Assembly: GCA_951406725.2 (NCBI GenBank)
Contig: OX597820.1
Coordinates: 33,294,001 to 33,358,000, forward strand
Source: Octopus vulgaris
Lineage: Eukaryota
Length of the DNA: 64,000 nucleotides
Direction of reading: 5' to 3'
Positions 53,381 through 64,000 of this stretch are shown in pieces. The notes under the pieces are model-generated. The model searched no databases. It was not told the DNA's origin and worked only from the letters and a program-made list of their open reading frames with translations. Each line of letters begins with the position of its first letter. Position 1 is the first letter of the stretch. The position numbers and the translations under genes were made by a program.

Positions 53381-54520
53381 TAATTCAACCTCTATACAAA
53401 AATCCTACTCAACATAGTCTCCACCGTAAGGTAATGCATTCGTACCGTCGTCGAAGCCAGATTTCCAATTAGCTTTGAAAAAAAATAATTGAAGTGTGCT
53501 CTTTTGGACTGGCTTCTTCATGCCCATTTTTACTTGCGCTGCATCATCAAATCGCTGTCCTCGAAGACTGCTCTTCATTGAACCGAACATGTGGAAACTG
53601 GAGGACCCCAGATCCGGGCTGCACAATAGATAGGAGCCACAGCTTAGTCTAATTTGCTGTTTGCCTGATTTATTGCTAAAAAGGTGTGTAGTTACGCATT
53701 GTCATAATTAATGTGGATAGTTTGAAGATTTTTGTTAGGTGTCTTCTCCCTAACCGATTCTCTAAATTTCTTTTAGTGTCTCAATGTACGCTATTCACGA
53801 TACATCTACGCTCCAGAGAATCAAGGAAAATCATACACCTGTTATCTCTGAAAACAATCACCGAGACTTTTTGTGCCAATCTTAAACATATTAGACCTTG
53901 AAGAAATGATGTGACGCCATTTCACGGACTGAACCTTCGCTTCCATATCATAATGATATGATCGCGTTTTATCCCTTGTCACAAGAGTGCAAAAAAAAAA
54001 CCTGTTTTCACTTATTCCAAATGCTACAGCTATTTACCTGTCCCCACTTCAAATCCGATACCAGCTACTAAGTTGAGCATTTTTCATGCACTCTGCACCC
54101 GATACCCAAAAACTACCACCATCGTCTGTGATTACGGTCCAGTTGTGCAGCAAGTTCACGGACTGTGACACTTTTGTCCACCCGAATCAATTCGTTCACT
54201 CACTGAAGATCCGTGCCAGTAGTCGCGTTCGATGGTCTCCACTAAATGGTTTGTCTACAATGCTAGTTTCCCTTTCTTAAGCTTCATCTATCAACACATA
54301 TTGCTTTTGTCAATAGTATCATTTCGATAAACAACCGGCAGTCTTCTATGGACGTCGGATGACTTGCAACTCTCCTTTGTCGTGGACTCAGCAAGAGAGC
54401 GTTACGTCTACTTGGCAGCTATTAATTGCCTGCAATGAAAAAGAACAGTAAGGGGACTTACTGTAGAGTTATTAAATAAGAATACGTTCTCTATCAAACA
54501 TATGCAATTTGGACGACCTA
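53381..54520 (-). mobile_element. Old mariner remnant
   Basis: CSPDLGSSSFHMFGSMKSSLRGQRF...GGDYVE, a mariner C-terminus. Confidence 0.7.
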
Positions 54521-54809
54521 TGTCAGTAAATAAAGAAGTTAAGCCGGGTTTTGCATTAATTTCAGGACACAATCCTCGTATAAATGTGTGCGTGTGAGCG
54601 CATATAAGCACATAAACAGGCGGAATCCACACACACATTCACGCGCGCGCTCATATATACATACGTGCATACATACATACATTATATTTATACATACACA
54701 CAGAGAACATGGTACACGTAGACGCAGTGTCTAAGTCTCAGTAATTTTCCTCTATTTGAATTATATCGCTTGTAATTTATATAGACACAGATACACAAGG
54801 GAACAATCT

Positions 54810-54864
<55 letters not shown>

Positions 54865-55145
54865 TATACATATACATATACATATACATATATATACATA
54901 CATACATTTCCTGATTTCTAAAGCACGTTCCAACCTACTTACGTCGCTTAATTACAAAGATTTTTATTACAGCAGGTGCACTTAATATAAACAAGGGTGT
55001 ATACATCTATACTTAGAAAAATACACTTACACATACACGCAAACGTACGCACTTTCCGATGTAAGTGGATATGTATATATATTATAAATATATTGATATG
55101 TGTACATACATACATGCGTATATACCTATGTATGTGTATATATAA

Positions 55146-55181
<36 letters not shown>

Positions 55182-55310
55182 ACACATATATGTAATACGT
55201 ATATATATATATTTATATATATATATACATACACATTTATATATATACATTATATATACGTATATATATATATAAAAAGATAGATAGATATATATATATA
55301 ATATATATAC

Positions 55311-55361
<51 letters not shown>

Positions 55362-55754
55362 AAGTTATATATATATGCAAATATATATACACAGACACAT
55401 GCATGTCTGCATAAACACGCATTCTAACACTCAGACATAAACACACACGCACATACACACACATAAACACACACAAACACGCACACAAACTTACAAATAC
55501 ACACACATACACACACGCTACCTAGCATTGAGTTAGCTTTAAATGTTCTGTGAGAAATGTAGCGCATAATTTGGTCAAGAATCTCACTGTTTGTGTTGAC
55601 CGAAGTGTTCCGCATCTTTGGACATCAAAGACTGCACTTATATCGTATGGATGAATGCATGTAATGTACGCTTGTATGCATATATATATGTATATGCGTA
55701 TATGTGTGTGTGCTTGTGTATGCATGTATGTATCGCAAACTGATAATACATATA

Positions 55755-56430
55755 CAGGGGTTGGACAAAATAATGGAAACACCTAGCATCTTAGCATCAT
55801 GATTTTGAAATATCTATAAAACCATCAAAAGCTTGTTCATTTTTGTTTTTTGATTTATTATTTAATAACCAGTTGATCTAGCAAGCGGGGCCTCATATCA
55901 GTGAGGGTGGCCGGTGCGCATTGATGCCGTCGAGAGGTAGGCCCCGAAACGGCGCGCATTCTTTCCTGATGACCCCATACACTTGCTGGCTTCTGGTATG
56001 CGGAATTCTCGACTGGTAGCACTTGCATGTGCAAGTTGTTTGCAAGACATGTTGCTTAATATGTTTTGCTAAAATTGCTGTTTCTTATCAGATATCATCA
56101 GAAAAAGACAATTAAAATTCATTAAAATGACAGATCTGTCGGACTTTCAAAGAGGTCAAATTATTGGTGCTCGTATGGTAGGCACTAGTGTAATGAAAAC
56201 AGCCGAAATGTTTGGTGTATCAAGAAGTATTGTCTCGAAAGTAATGACACCCTTTGAGAAAGAAGGAAAAACCTCCTCGTCGAAACAAAACTCTGGAAGA
56301 AAACCAAAACTTTCAGATAAGGACCGTCGAACTCTTAAGCGAATTGTTAGAAAGGGTCACAAAAGTACAGCTCCCAAAATTACTGCAGAGCTTAATGAAC
56401 ACCTCGAGAACCAAGTTTCCACGAAAGCTG
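55755..56430 (+). mobile_element. 5' half of a Tc1 element (left TIR plus transposase HTH), interrupted by a GC-rich insert
   Basis: TA|CAGGGGTTGGACAAAATAATGGAAACA, then ORF 56127 MTDLSDFQRGQIIGAR...SGRKPKLSDKDRR. No catalytic domain. Confidence 0.85.
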
Positions 56431-56629
56431 TGTCTATCTGAATAGCTATACTGAATTTCTCGTTCCTGAACCTCAGGTAACTGCTAACAGGATATTTGAA
56501 GCTGTTTCCAGCTTTAGGTCCTCACTGGGCCTTCTGTTTTTAGATTTGAGGGTGATTTAGTGTAGAGGTCACCTCGTCGGCTCGTTTTTGCTGCCGGTAG
56601 TAAATATGCTAATGGGGGAAAGCGAGAGG

Positions 56630-56671
56630 GATGATGTTGGTGATGGTGGCGGCGGTATTGGTGGTGGTGGC

Positions 56672-56708
<37 letters not shown>

Positions 56709-57560
56709 GTGGTGGTGGTGGTGGTGGTGGTGATCTAAGATGAGTGATGTCTCGTCTCGCTAGAACGGATGAAGTAACACATCATCAAACAGCCATGGTG
56801 ATGGAGGAGATTACTGCGTTGATGCAGGGATGCGACGGTGGGGAGGAGTGCTGGAACACATGGCTTGTAGTGGTGGTGGTGCTGGTGGTGGTGGTGCTGG
56901 TGGTGGTGGTGCTGGTGGTGGTGGTGGCAGCGGCGGCGGTGATGGTGGTCGTCGACGTCAACGTCGTCGTGGCATCATGGTATGATAATTATGTAAGTGA
57001 GCGAGAGGAGCGGAAAGTGGGGAGGGTGAAATCTGATGAGATAAAGGTAATGAGAGAATGGCGGTGGTAATAGTGTTGTAGAAAGGTGAAGGTGCACGGG
57101 TAGTGGTGGTGATGGTGGTGATGGAGATGGTGGTGGTGATTGTAGGGTTAGTGGCGTTGTTGTTGTTGATGGTGATGATGGTGATGGTGGTGGTGGTGGT
57201 GATGGTGATGGTGGTGGTGGTTGTAGAGTTAGTGGCGATGTTGTTGGTGGTGATGGTGATGATGGTGGTGATGGTGATGGTGGTTGTAGAATTAGAGGCG
57301 TTGTTGTTGTTGCTGGTGGTGGTGGTGGCGGCGGCGGTGGTGATGATGGTGGTGGTGTCCTGGTGACGCTGGTGATGGCGGTGATGGAACTGAAGGAGTA
57401 GCAGTAGGGGTAAGAGAGCATGAGGCGGAGTATGAAGTAAAGAACGGCGGCGGAGGAGGCGGTAATTAGCGAAGTGGGAGATGAAGGGTAAGTGGTAGTG
57501 GTGGTGAATGGGGAGGGGTGAAGGTGGGGGTGGGGGTGGTAGTGGCGGTGGGGGTGTTGA
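56630..57560. repeat. (GGT/GGC/GAT)n low-complexity tract
   Basis: Direct inspection. Confidence 0.85.
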
Positions 57561-57692
57561 TGTACACAAAATTTAAACGGTTCCGCAGATCATCGTACTT
57601 GGTCACCAGGAAAAGTAAACTGAAATTAGAACACTATGAGAAGACATCAAAAAACACTATTGGTGTGTGTGTGTATGTGTGTGTGTATGTGT

Positions 57693-57729
<37 letters not shown>

Positions 57730-58144
57730 TGTGTGTGTCTGTGTGTGTGTGTATGACGAGACAAAGAAACATACATAAGCAAGTATAAATATATATATAC
57801 ACACACATACATACAGAACCCATTTATATATATATGTCGATAGATAGATAGGTAGGTAGGTACATACAATCAAACATACATACAGGTTTACATATATATA
57901 TATATATACACACATAGGCACGTACATAGGTTCATACATGCATACATACATGCATAGATACATATATGTGCGTTGTGTGTGCTTGCGTGTCTATGTATAT
58001 AAGTATATGTGGGTGCATGTGTGTATGTAAGAAAGAGCAAAAAGAAAAGATAGAAAAAGAGAGATTAAGAAAGAGAATAATAGAATACTGTGGTTATATT
58101 TATATACATATATACATGCACATATATATATATGTATATATGTA

Positions 58145-58184
<40 letters not shown>

Positions 58185-58328
58185 CACATACAATCTATAT
58201 ATATATATATACACAAACACATACAATCTATATATATGTATATACATACACATGCAGTACATACATACCTATACCCGCTATATAAGTGTGTGTGTGAGTG
58301 TGTGCGTGCGTGTTTGTATGTATTAATG

Positions 58329-58372
<44 letters not shown>

Positions 58373-58382
58373 TATACATATG

Positions 58383-58429
<47 letters not shown>

Positions 58430-58430
58430 G

Positions 58431-58464
<34 letters not shown>

Positions 58465-58544
58465 TATTCGCACACAAACAACTACACGATTATGCATATT
58501 TATGTAGCGATCACGCTTTCAAAATGTCATATCTCTCTTTTCCG

Positions 58545-58619
<75 letters not shown>

Positions 58620-58620
58620 C

Positions 58621-58675
<55 letters not shown>

Positions 58676-59149
58676 CGATGTGTGTATCTATATATGTGCG
58701 TCTGTGTGTGTGCGTGTCCGTATATGTGCGTGTGAGAATGGATGTATGCATGCATGTATGTATATATGTAATTATGTGTGTTTTTATTCTGTAAATATAA
58801 AACAGCTAATCTCTTTCGAATATATTTTGATATTACAACACCAAAAGAGTGAACTAAACTTAATGATAACCATTTCTACGTAACTGGGTCTCGTCAGATT
58901 TGTTGCTGCAAGAACAACACGTTCGTTTTTGTTTTTGTTTTTTTTTTATTTTTCAACCATATTATTTCTCTGAACTTTCTTGTAAAGAAAATTCTCTCCG
59001 ATATTTAGTATTTATCTAAAAGTACAAGTCTGGTATGTAATATAGCAAATTAAATCATATATTTCTCTCAACTTTTCTGATACTTCTATTTGTAAATTTC
59101 AAAATGCCTGACTTGAAAAAAAAATTGTTATGTTTTGAGTTTAAAATAT

Positions 59150-59875
59150 ATATCTAATTCATTTTCTTTCTTTCCTGCTGGCCATACTTTTCCCGTCTAA
59201 ATTGTTTTTGCAAGGATCTAAATACATGAAAGTCTGATGGACTAAGAATTGAAGAATATGAGGGGTAAAGCATGTTTCTTATCCGAGCGATTCCAGAATA
59301 TGTTTTGTCTCTTGCAGGCTATGAGGTTGAGCATTATCTTGATTAAAGACAACCTACCGTCTGGCGATTAAGGCAAAATGTTTTCTTTCCAAAGCTGTTG
59401 GCAAAGAGTGACAAACTGTTGGCAAACTGTAGGCAAACAACGGCAAACAGTTGGCAAACTGAAAGTTGCTTTCAGTTGACTTGAAAGTAGTAGTTTTTGA
59501 TACAGCCCTACAAGTTCGAAATGAATAATTCCCTTCGTATCCCACCAAATACTTGATAAAATTTTCTTTAGCTTAAGTGCCCTTCGTGAATGTGGTCCAG
59601 GTTTTTGATTTAGGCCTTATCACTGTCTACGGGGTAGTGCTGAAACGTTCATGGCTTTAAGACTATCGCAAAAGGCCTGGCTGGAAGCCCAAGCTTCCGA
59701 GTTCTTTTACAGGGCTTAGAAAAAGTGAAGGACCGCTGAAACAAGAGCGTGAATCTGAGAGGGAAATATGTACAATTTTTTTTTTGTCTTTTAATAGTTT
59801 TGGCAGCATCGCTTACATTAGAACCACGAAGAAACTCGTAAAGCATGTGACAAATGTTGCTTGACACCATGATTG
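59150..59875 (-). mobile_element. Old mariner remnant with a short internal GTTGGCAAA(C) tandem repeat
   Basis: MLYEFLRG, WWDTKGIIHFEL, DNAQPH and LSPSDFHVFRSL. Repeats at 59396-59461. Confidence 0.7.
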
Positions 59876-59910
59876 GTTCTTTATAGACGTAATTTAAATG
59901 TGTGTGTCTG

Positions 59911-60009
<99 letters not shown>

Positions 60010-60051
60010 TAGAAGCTTTTATAATTGGCACTCATTTACGAACAGGTATTA

Positions 60052-60300
60052 TATATTAGAAGAAATAAGGTACTCAGAAATCTGGATGGTTTTATATTTA
60101 CAGATTTTTATTAATATGTCACATGTTTTCATAAATCATATATTAGCGCTCGCATCTACTCTAGCAGACTCTTCAGATTCAAATCTGAAGAGTCTACTGG
60201 AGTAGATGCAAGCGCTAATATATGATTTATGAAAACATGTGACATATTAATAAAAATCTGTAAATATAAAACCATCCAGATTTCTGAGTACTATATTTCT

Positions 60301-60310
<10 letters not shown>
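60052..60310. repeat. Near-perfect ~128-bp-arm palindrome centred at 60180, carrying a degenerate hammerhead on each arm
   Basis: Centre TCTTCAGATT-ca-AATCTGAAGA. The right arm reads CTGAAGA-GTCTAC-tgga-GTAGAT-GCAA-GCGCTA. Confidence 0.9.
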
Positions 60311-60368
<58 letters not shown>

Positions 60369-60805
60369 AACATATATGTAGTACACACACACATTGAAAG
60401 ATAGTCCCTATGGTTTATTATTTGAAGACACACGGCACGATATAAACACGAGTGAAGTGACTGAATAAAGTGAGACTTAAAAATAATCATGTGGTAATGA
60501 AACGACAGTATTAATTTAATAACTAATATCTATTCAATCATTTCATCTTCGCACGTGTTTCTGTGTTATTAAACCTCCTCAGTGGAATATTGAATTCACC
60601 GTACTTGGTGAATCATCGCAGAAGAAAATCACAAAGTGGATAGGAAGTATTGATCATGTGATGGCGTGCTTCTGAATTACCAAGTTTAGAAAAGTTGTTC
60701 ACTTAAATTCAATACCTAGAGACGTTATCTGCACGGGGAAAAATAGTTAAATGTAAACATGGTTGACGTACTTGGCTATGGTACTGATGAGTGATTTAAT
60801 AAGTA

Positions 60806-61200
60806 AACCAACCAACCAGCCAACCTAACCAGGCAGAAGCCAGCCAACGAACCAGCCAACCAGTCTGTTGACCAACCAGCCAGCCAATCAACAAGCCAAC
60901 CAACCAACCAATCAACCAACCAACCAGCCAACTAGCCAGCCGACCAGCCAACCAATGAATCAATTAATCAACTAACAACCCAGTCACTCGTGCAACCAGC
61001 CAACCAACCTGCCAACCAACCCGCCCTTCAACCAGCAAGCATGGCAGCCAGTCAGCCAACTAAAGCAATTAGCTAATCAGCCGACCTACCAAACTAACAA
61101 ACAACCTAACCACCAGACAGCCGACCTACCAGCCAACCAGCCAACCAGCCAACCAACCCTGCAGTCAACTCTCCAGCCACACCATTAACCAATCGGCCAA
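60806..61200. repeat. Degenerate (CCAA/CCAG)n tetranucleotide tract
   Basis: Direct inspection. Confidence 0.85.
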
Positions 61201-61269
61201 CAAAGATATTTGATGAATGTTGCAACTCTTATCTAACACTATCAATAACTACATTTTCATATCATACAT

Positions 61270-61680
61270 CTGATGATGGTGGTGAGGTGGGGGGCGGTGG
61301 TACGTGCTGGTGGCAGTGGTGGTACTGGTGATGATGGTGGTGGTACTGGTGATGATGGTGGTGACACTGGTGGTACTGGTGGTGGCGGCGGTGGTGGTAG
61401 TTGGGGTAACGGAGGTGCTGATAGTGGTAGTGGTCTGTAGTATTAATACCGGTGGTGTTGGTGGCGGTGGGAACTGTACCTGTTGGTGGTGGTGGTGGTG
61501 GTGGTGGTGGTGGTAATGATAGCGGTAGTGGTAGTGTAGCGGTCTTGGTAATGGTGGTGGTGGGGTTGGTAGTGGTGGTAGTAGTAGTGGGGTGGTAGTT
61601 GTGATGGTTGTGGTGGTTGTGGTGGTAGTGGAGGTACTGGTTTTATTTGCAGTGATAGTATTAATGGTTGTAATGATTTT
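61270..61680. repeat. (GGT)n low-complexity tract
   Basis: Direct inspection. Confidence 0.85.
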
Positions 61681-61803
61681 TTATTATTATTTAGCCGAGG
61701 TCGTCTTTGCCTTTCATCCTTTCGGGGTCGATAAATGAAGTACTAGTGAAACACAGGGGTCGATATCGTCATCGTCGTCATCGTTGTTGTTGATGTTATT
61801 ATT

Positions 61804-61894
61804 CAGTAGTCTTATTTTCATCGCGTGCTTTCACTGCAATACCGATCGTAGCTCTGGTGCCTTTGGTCTGTGCTGTGGTTTATTAGGGTGCTGA
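61804..61894 (-). mobile_element. Isolated 3'UTR of the Dong-like element-2 family
   Basis: CAGTAGTCTTATTTTCATCGCGTGCTTTCACT... aligns to 22941-23035; the 3' end again abuts TTATTATT. Confidence 0.8.
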
Positions 61895-61992
61895 GCGTCC
61901 AATAACACTATACTTGTTCCACATCCTCGCGTTGTTGTGTTTTCTCTTTGTTCATGTTTGGAGTAACCATATATATATATATACATATATAT

Positions 61993-62406
61993 AAGCATTT
62001 GTCTTATGAAGAAAGGCTGAAGACGCTCGACCTTTATTCTCTAGAAAAACGACGACGCCGTGGTGATCTCATTCTTGCTCACAACATCATAAGCGGTAAG
62101 TGTAACCTCTCGAAAGAGCTGTTCTTCACTCCTGCTCCAGAACGTCAGCTGCGGGGTCACTCCGAAAAGCTCCATCTGCGACGATTTCATCTCAATCGAA
62201 GGAGAGGGGCTTTCTCCGTCCGTTTTGCGGATCCGTGGAAAAGCTGCTGGACGAGATAGTCAAGATGCCGACGACCGCTCGGTTCAAAGTCTCCCTTGAC
62301 CACAAATGGCCTGAACTCTTTGCATGAACACCACCCGGTACATAACTCCATGTCTCCCTACATGGCCTTCCTTTTTGCTTTTTGAGCCAAAAAATTAACT
62401 TAACTT
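61993..62406 (+). mobile_element. CR1-type LINE 3' end
   Basis: LSYEERLKTLDLYSLEKRRRRGDLI...LRGHSEKL...FSVR..PW, a CR1 C-terminus. Short UTR ending (TTAAC)n. Confidence 0.88.
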
Positions 62407-62777
62407 TATTTAATATTAGTATTGACTTTTATGACAATATTATAATTAGAATCAAAAGAGTGAATCCTGGTATGTAACACCTATTACTACATGGATGAAT
62501 TTGTAAAGTCCCCTCACTGATACGCTCTAATTTATATTTTTTAAACACTCGATAAACAATTAACGATGTTTTCTATTGTTAGTCTCGTTGTCTCGTCGTA
62601 TCGTAACGATTCAAAACATATTCTAGCTCGGTTTTAGCTTCCTTTTCAGGTACGTAGCGGCAATTTGGGTTGTTGTAATGCTAGGCTGTGTTCCGGCCGT
62701 ATCATTTTCTGCGTTCACAGCGCCATGTTGAGTACCTGCACGCGTGCGCTGTGTGTGTATATATAGAGGCATGTCAT

Positions 62778-62912
62778 AGGTGAAGGTGCGGCTGTGAGCT
62801 AAGAAGCTTGCTTCCCAACCACTTGGTATCTTGGGTGTCTTCTACTATAGCCGTGCACCGACCAAAGCCATGCGAGTGAATTTGGTACACGGAAACTGAA
62901 AGAAGCCCGTCG

Positions 62913-62972
<60 letters not shown>

Positions 62973-63182
62973 CGTGTTTGTGTCCGCGTTTGTCGCCCAC
63001 CACCGCTTGACAACCGTGTTGATGTGTTTACGTCTCCGTAATCTAGCGGTTCGGCATAAGAGATCGATATAATATGTACCAGCCTAAAAAAAGGGGGTTA
63101 GTTTGTTCGGCTAATACCACTTAAAGCATACGACAGCATGGCCGCAGTCAAATGACTGAAAGAAGTAAAAATAAAAGAAAAA
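62778..63182 (+). mobile_element. SINE family C, diverged
   Basis: GGAAACTGAAAGAAGCCCGTCGTAT, an internal (GT)n, and 3' CAGCATGGCCGCAGTCAAATGACTGAAA. Confidence 0.75.
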
Positions 63183-63204
63183 TGTTATACATAGATTATG
63201 TACA

Positions 63205-63237
<33 letters not shown>

Positions 63238-63872
63238 TGTATACACACACATGCTGGTCGTTACTTCTTGTCAGAAGAATGTCATCTCTCCAATTGCACG
63301 ATCATGTGCACGCGAATGGTTTTTCAGCCCAGTTTTCGTTCTGTGAGAACCTTCGCCGATGTCACATTTAGTTTTCTTTCTAGAGCAAATGTACCGCGGT
63401 ACACTTGGCCGTAGGACCAACTCACAAGCAACTCGATTATGTAACTATAAATAGCAAACAAAGTATGCTCTTGAGAGAACAGATCATCCGCAAACTTTGC
63501 ATCTCAGTTTTTGCTGGGGGCGGGGTCCTACGAGCACTAATGTGAGGCTTTCTGCCAATGTCTCTACGATAGCCATATTTTAATCTCCAACGTTTTACGG
63601 GTGCCCTTTATTACGCCATTGAATCGTAGCGAGCTGGCAGATTTGATGTAATTGACTTGTCCCCTTGCCCGAACTTGCTGGCTTTGTGCGAAAATTTGAA
63701 ACCGATATTTAATCCGGTTCTTTACTTTCTTAACCCAAATCCCGCAGGTGGACTTTGCCTCCCATCGCTTAGGGACCGATTAAATTGATATAACACTCAA
63801 GTAATCGACTAACCCCTCACCTCAAAATTTCTGGCCTAGTGCCAAAATTTGAAAAACTATTATTACTAAAAC

Positions 63873-64000
63873 GGTGAGCTGGCAGAAACGTTAGTACGCC
63901 GGGCGAAATGCTTAGCGGTATTTCGGCTGCCGTTACGTTCTAAGTTCAAATTCCGCCGAGGTCGACTTTGCCTTTCATCCTTTCGGGGTCGATTAAATAA
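63873..64000 (+). mobile_element. SINE family A (cut by the window end)
   Basis: Near-identical to 481-605. Confidence 0.85.

Noticed and set aside
59396-59461. Short regularly spaced GGCAAA repeats, CRISPR-like at a glance
   Set aside because: ~11-bp tandem unit without unique spacers, inside a eukaryotic mariner relic.

Overview
AT-rich, microsatellite-saturated eukaryotic (animal) DNA. The SINE families and the density of (TA)n, (CATA)n, (GATA)n and (TAA)n tracts look like an Octopus/coleoid cephalopod genome; this is an inference from recalled repeat families, not a search. I found no convincing host protein-coding gene, and most ORF-track entries are microsatellite translations. The window is a mosaic of transposable elements. 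(1) A (TAA)n array at ~19.2-26.5 kb holds two different R4/Dong-type RT + restriction-like-endonuclease (RLE) retrotransposons, one with an uninterrupted >1000-codon ORF. (2) A second R4-like RLE family sits only in (CATA)n tracts. (3) A near-intact IR/DR-type Tc1 (DD34E) lies at 15.4-17.0 kb, alongside decayed Tc1, mariner, DD37D and DD41D elements and hAT MITEs. (4) There are CR1-type LINE remnants and many tRNA-derived SINEs. (5) Penelope-like pLTR fragments in (TA)n carry minimal hammerhead ribozyme motifs; two of them form long DNA palindromes centred on hammerhead-like sequence. The window also has a ~1-kb inverted duplication (28.4-29.4 kb vs 47.3-48.3 kb) and one 100-N gap.
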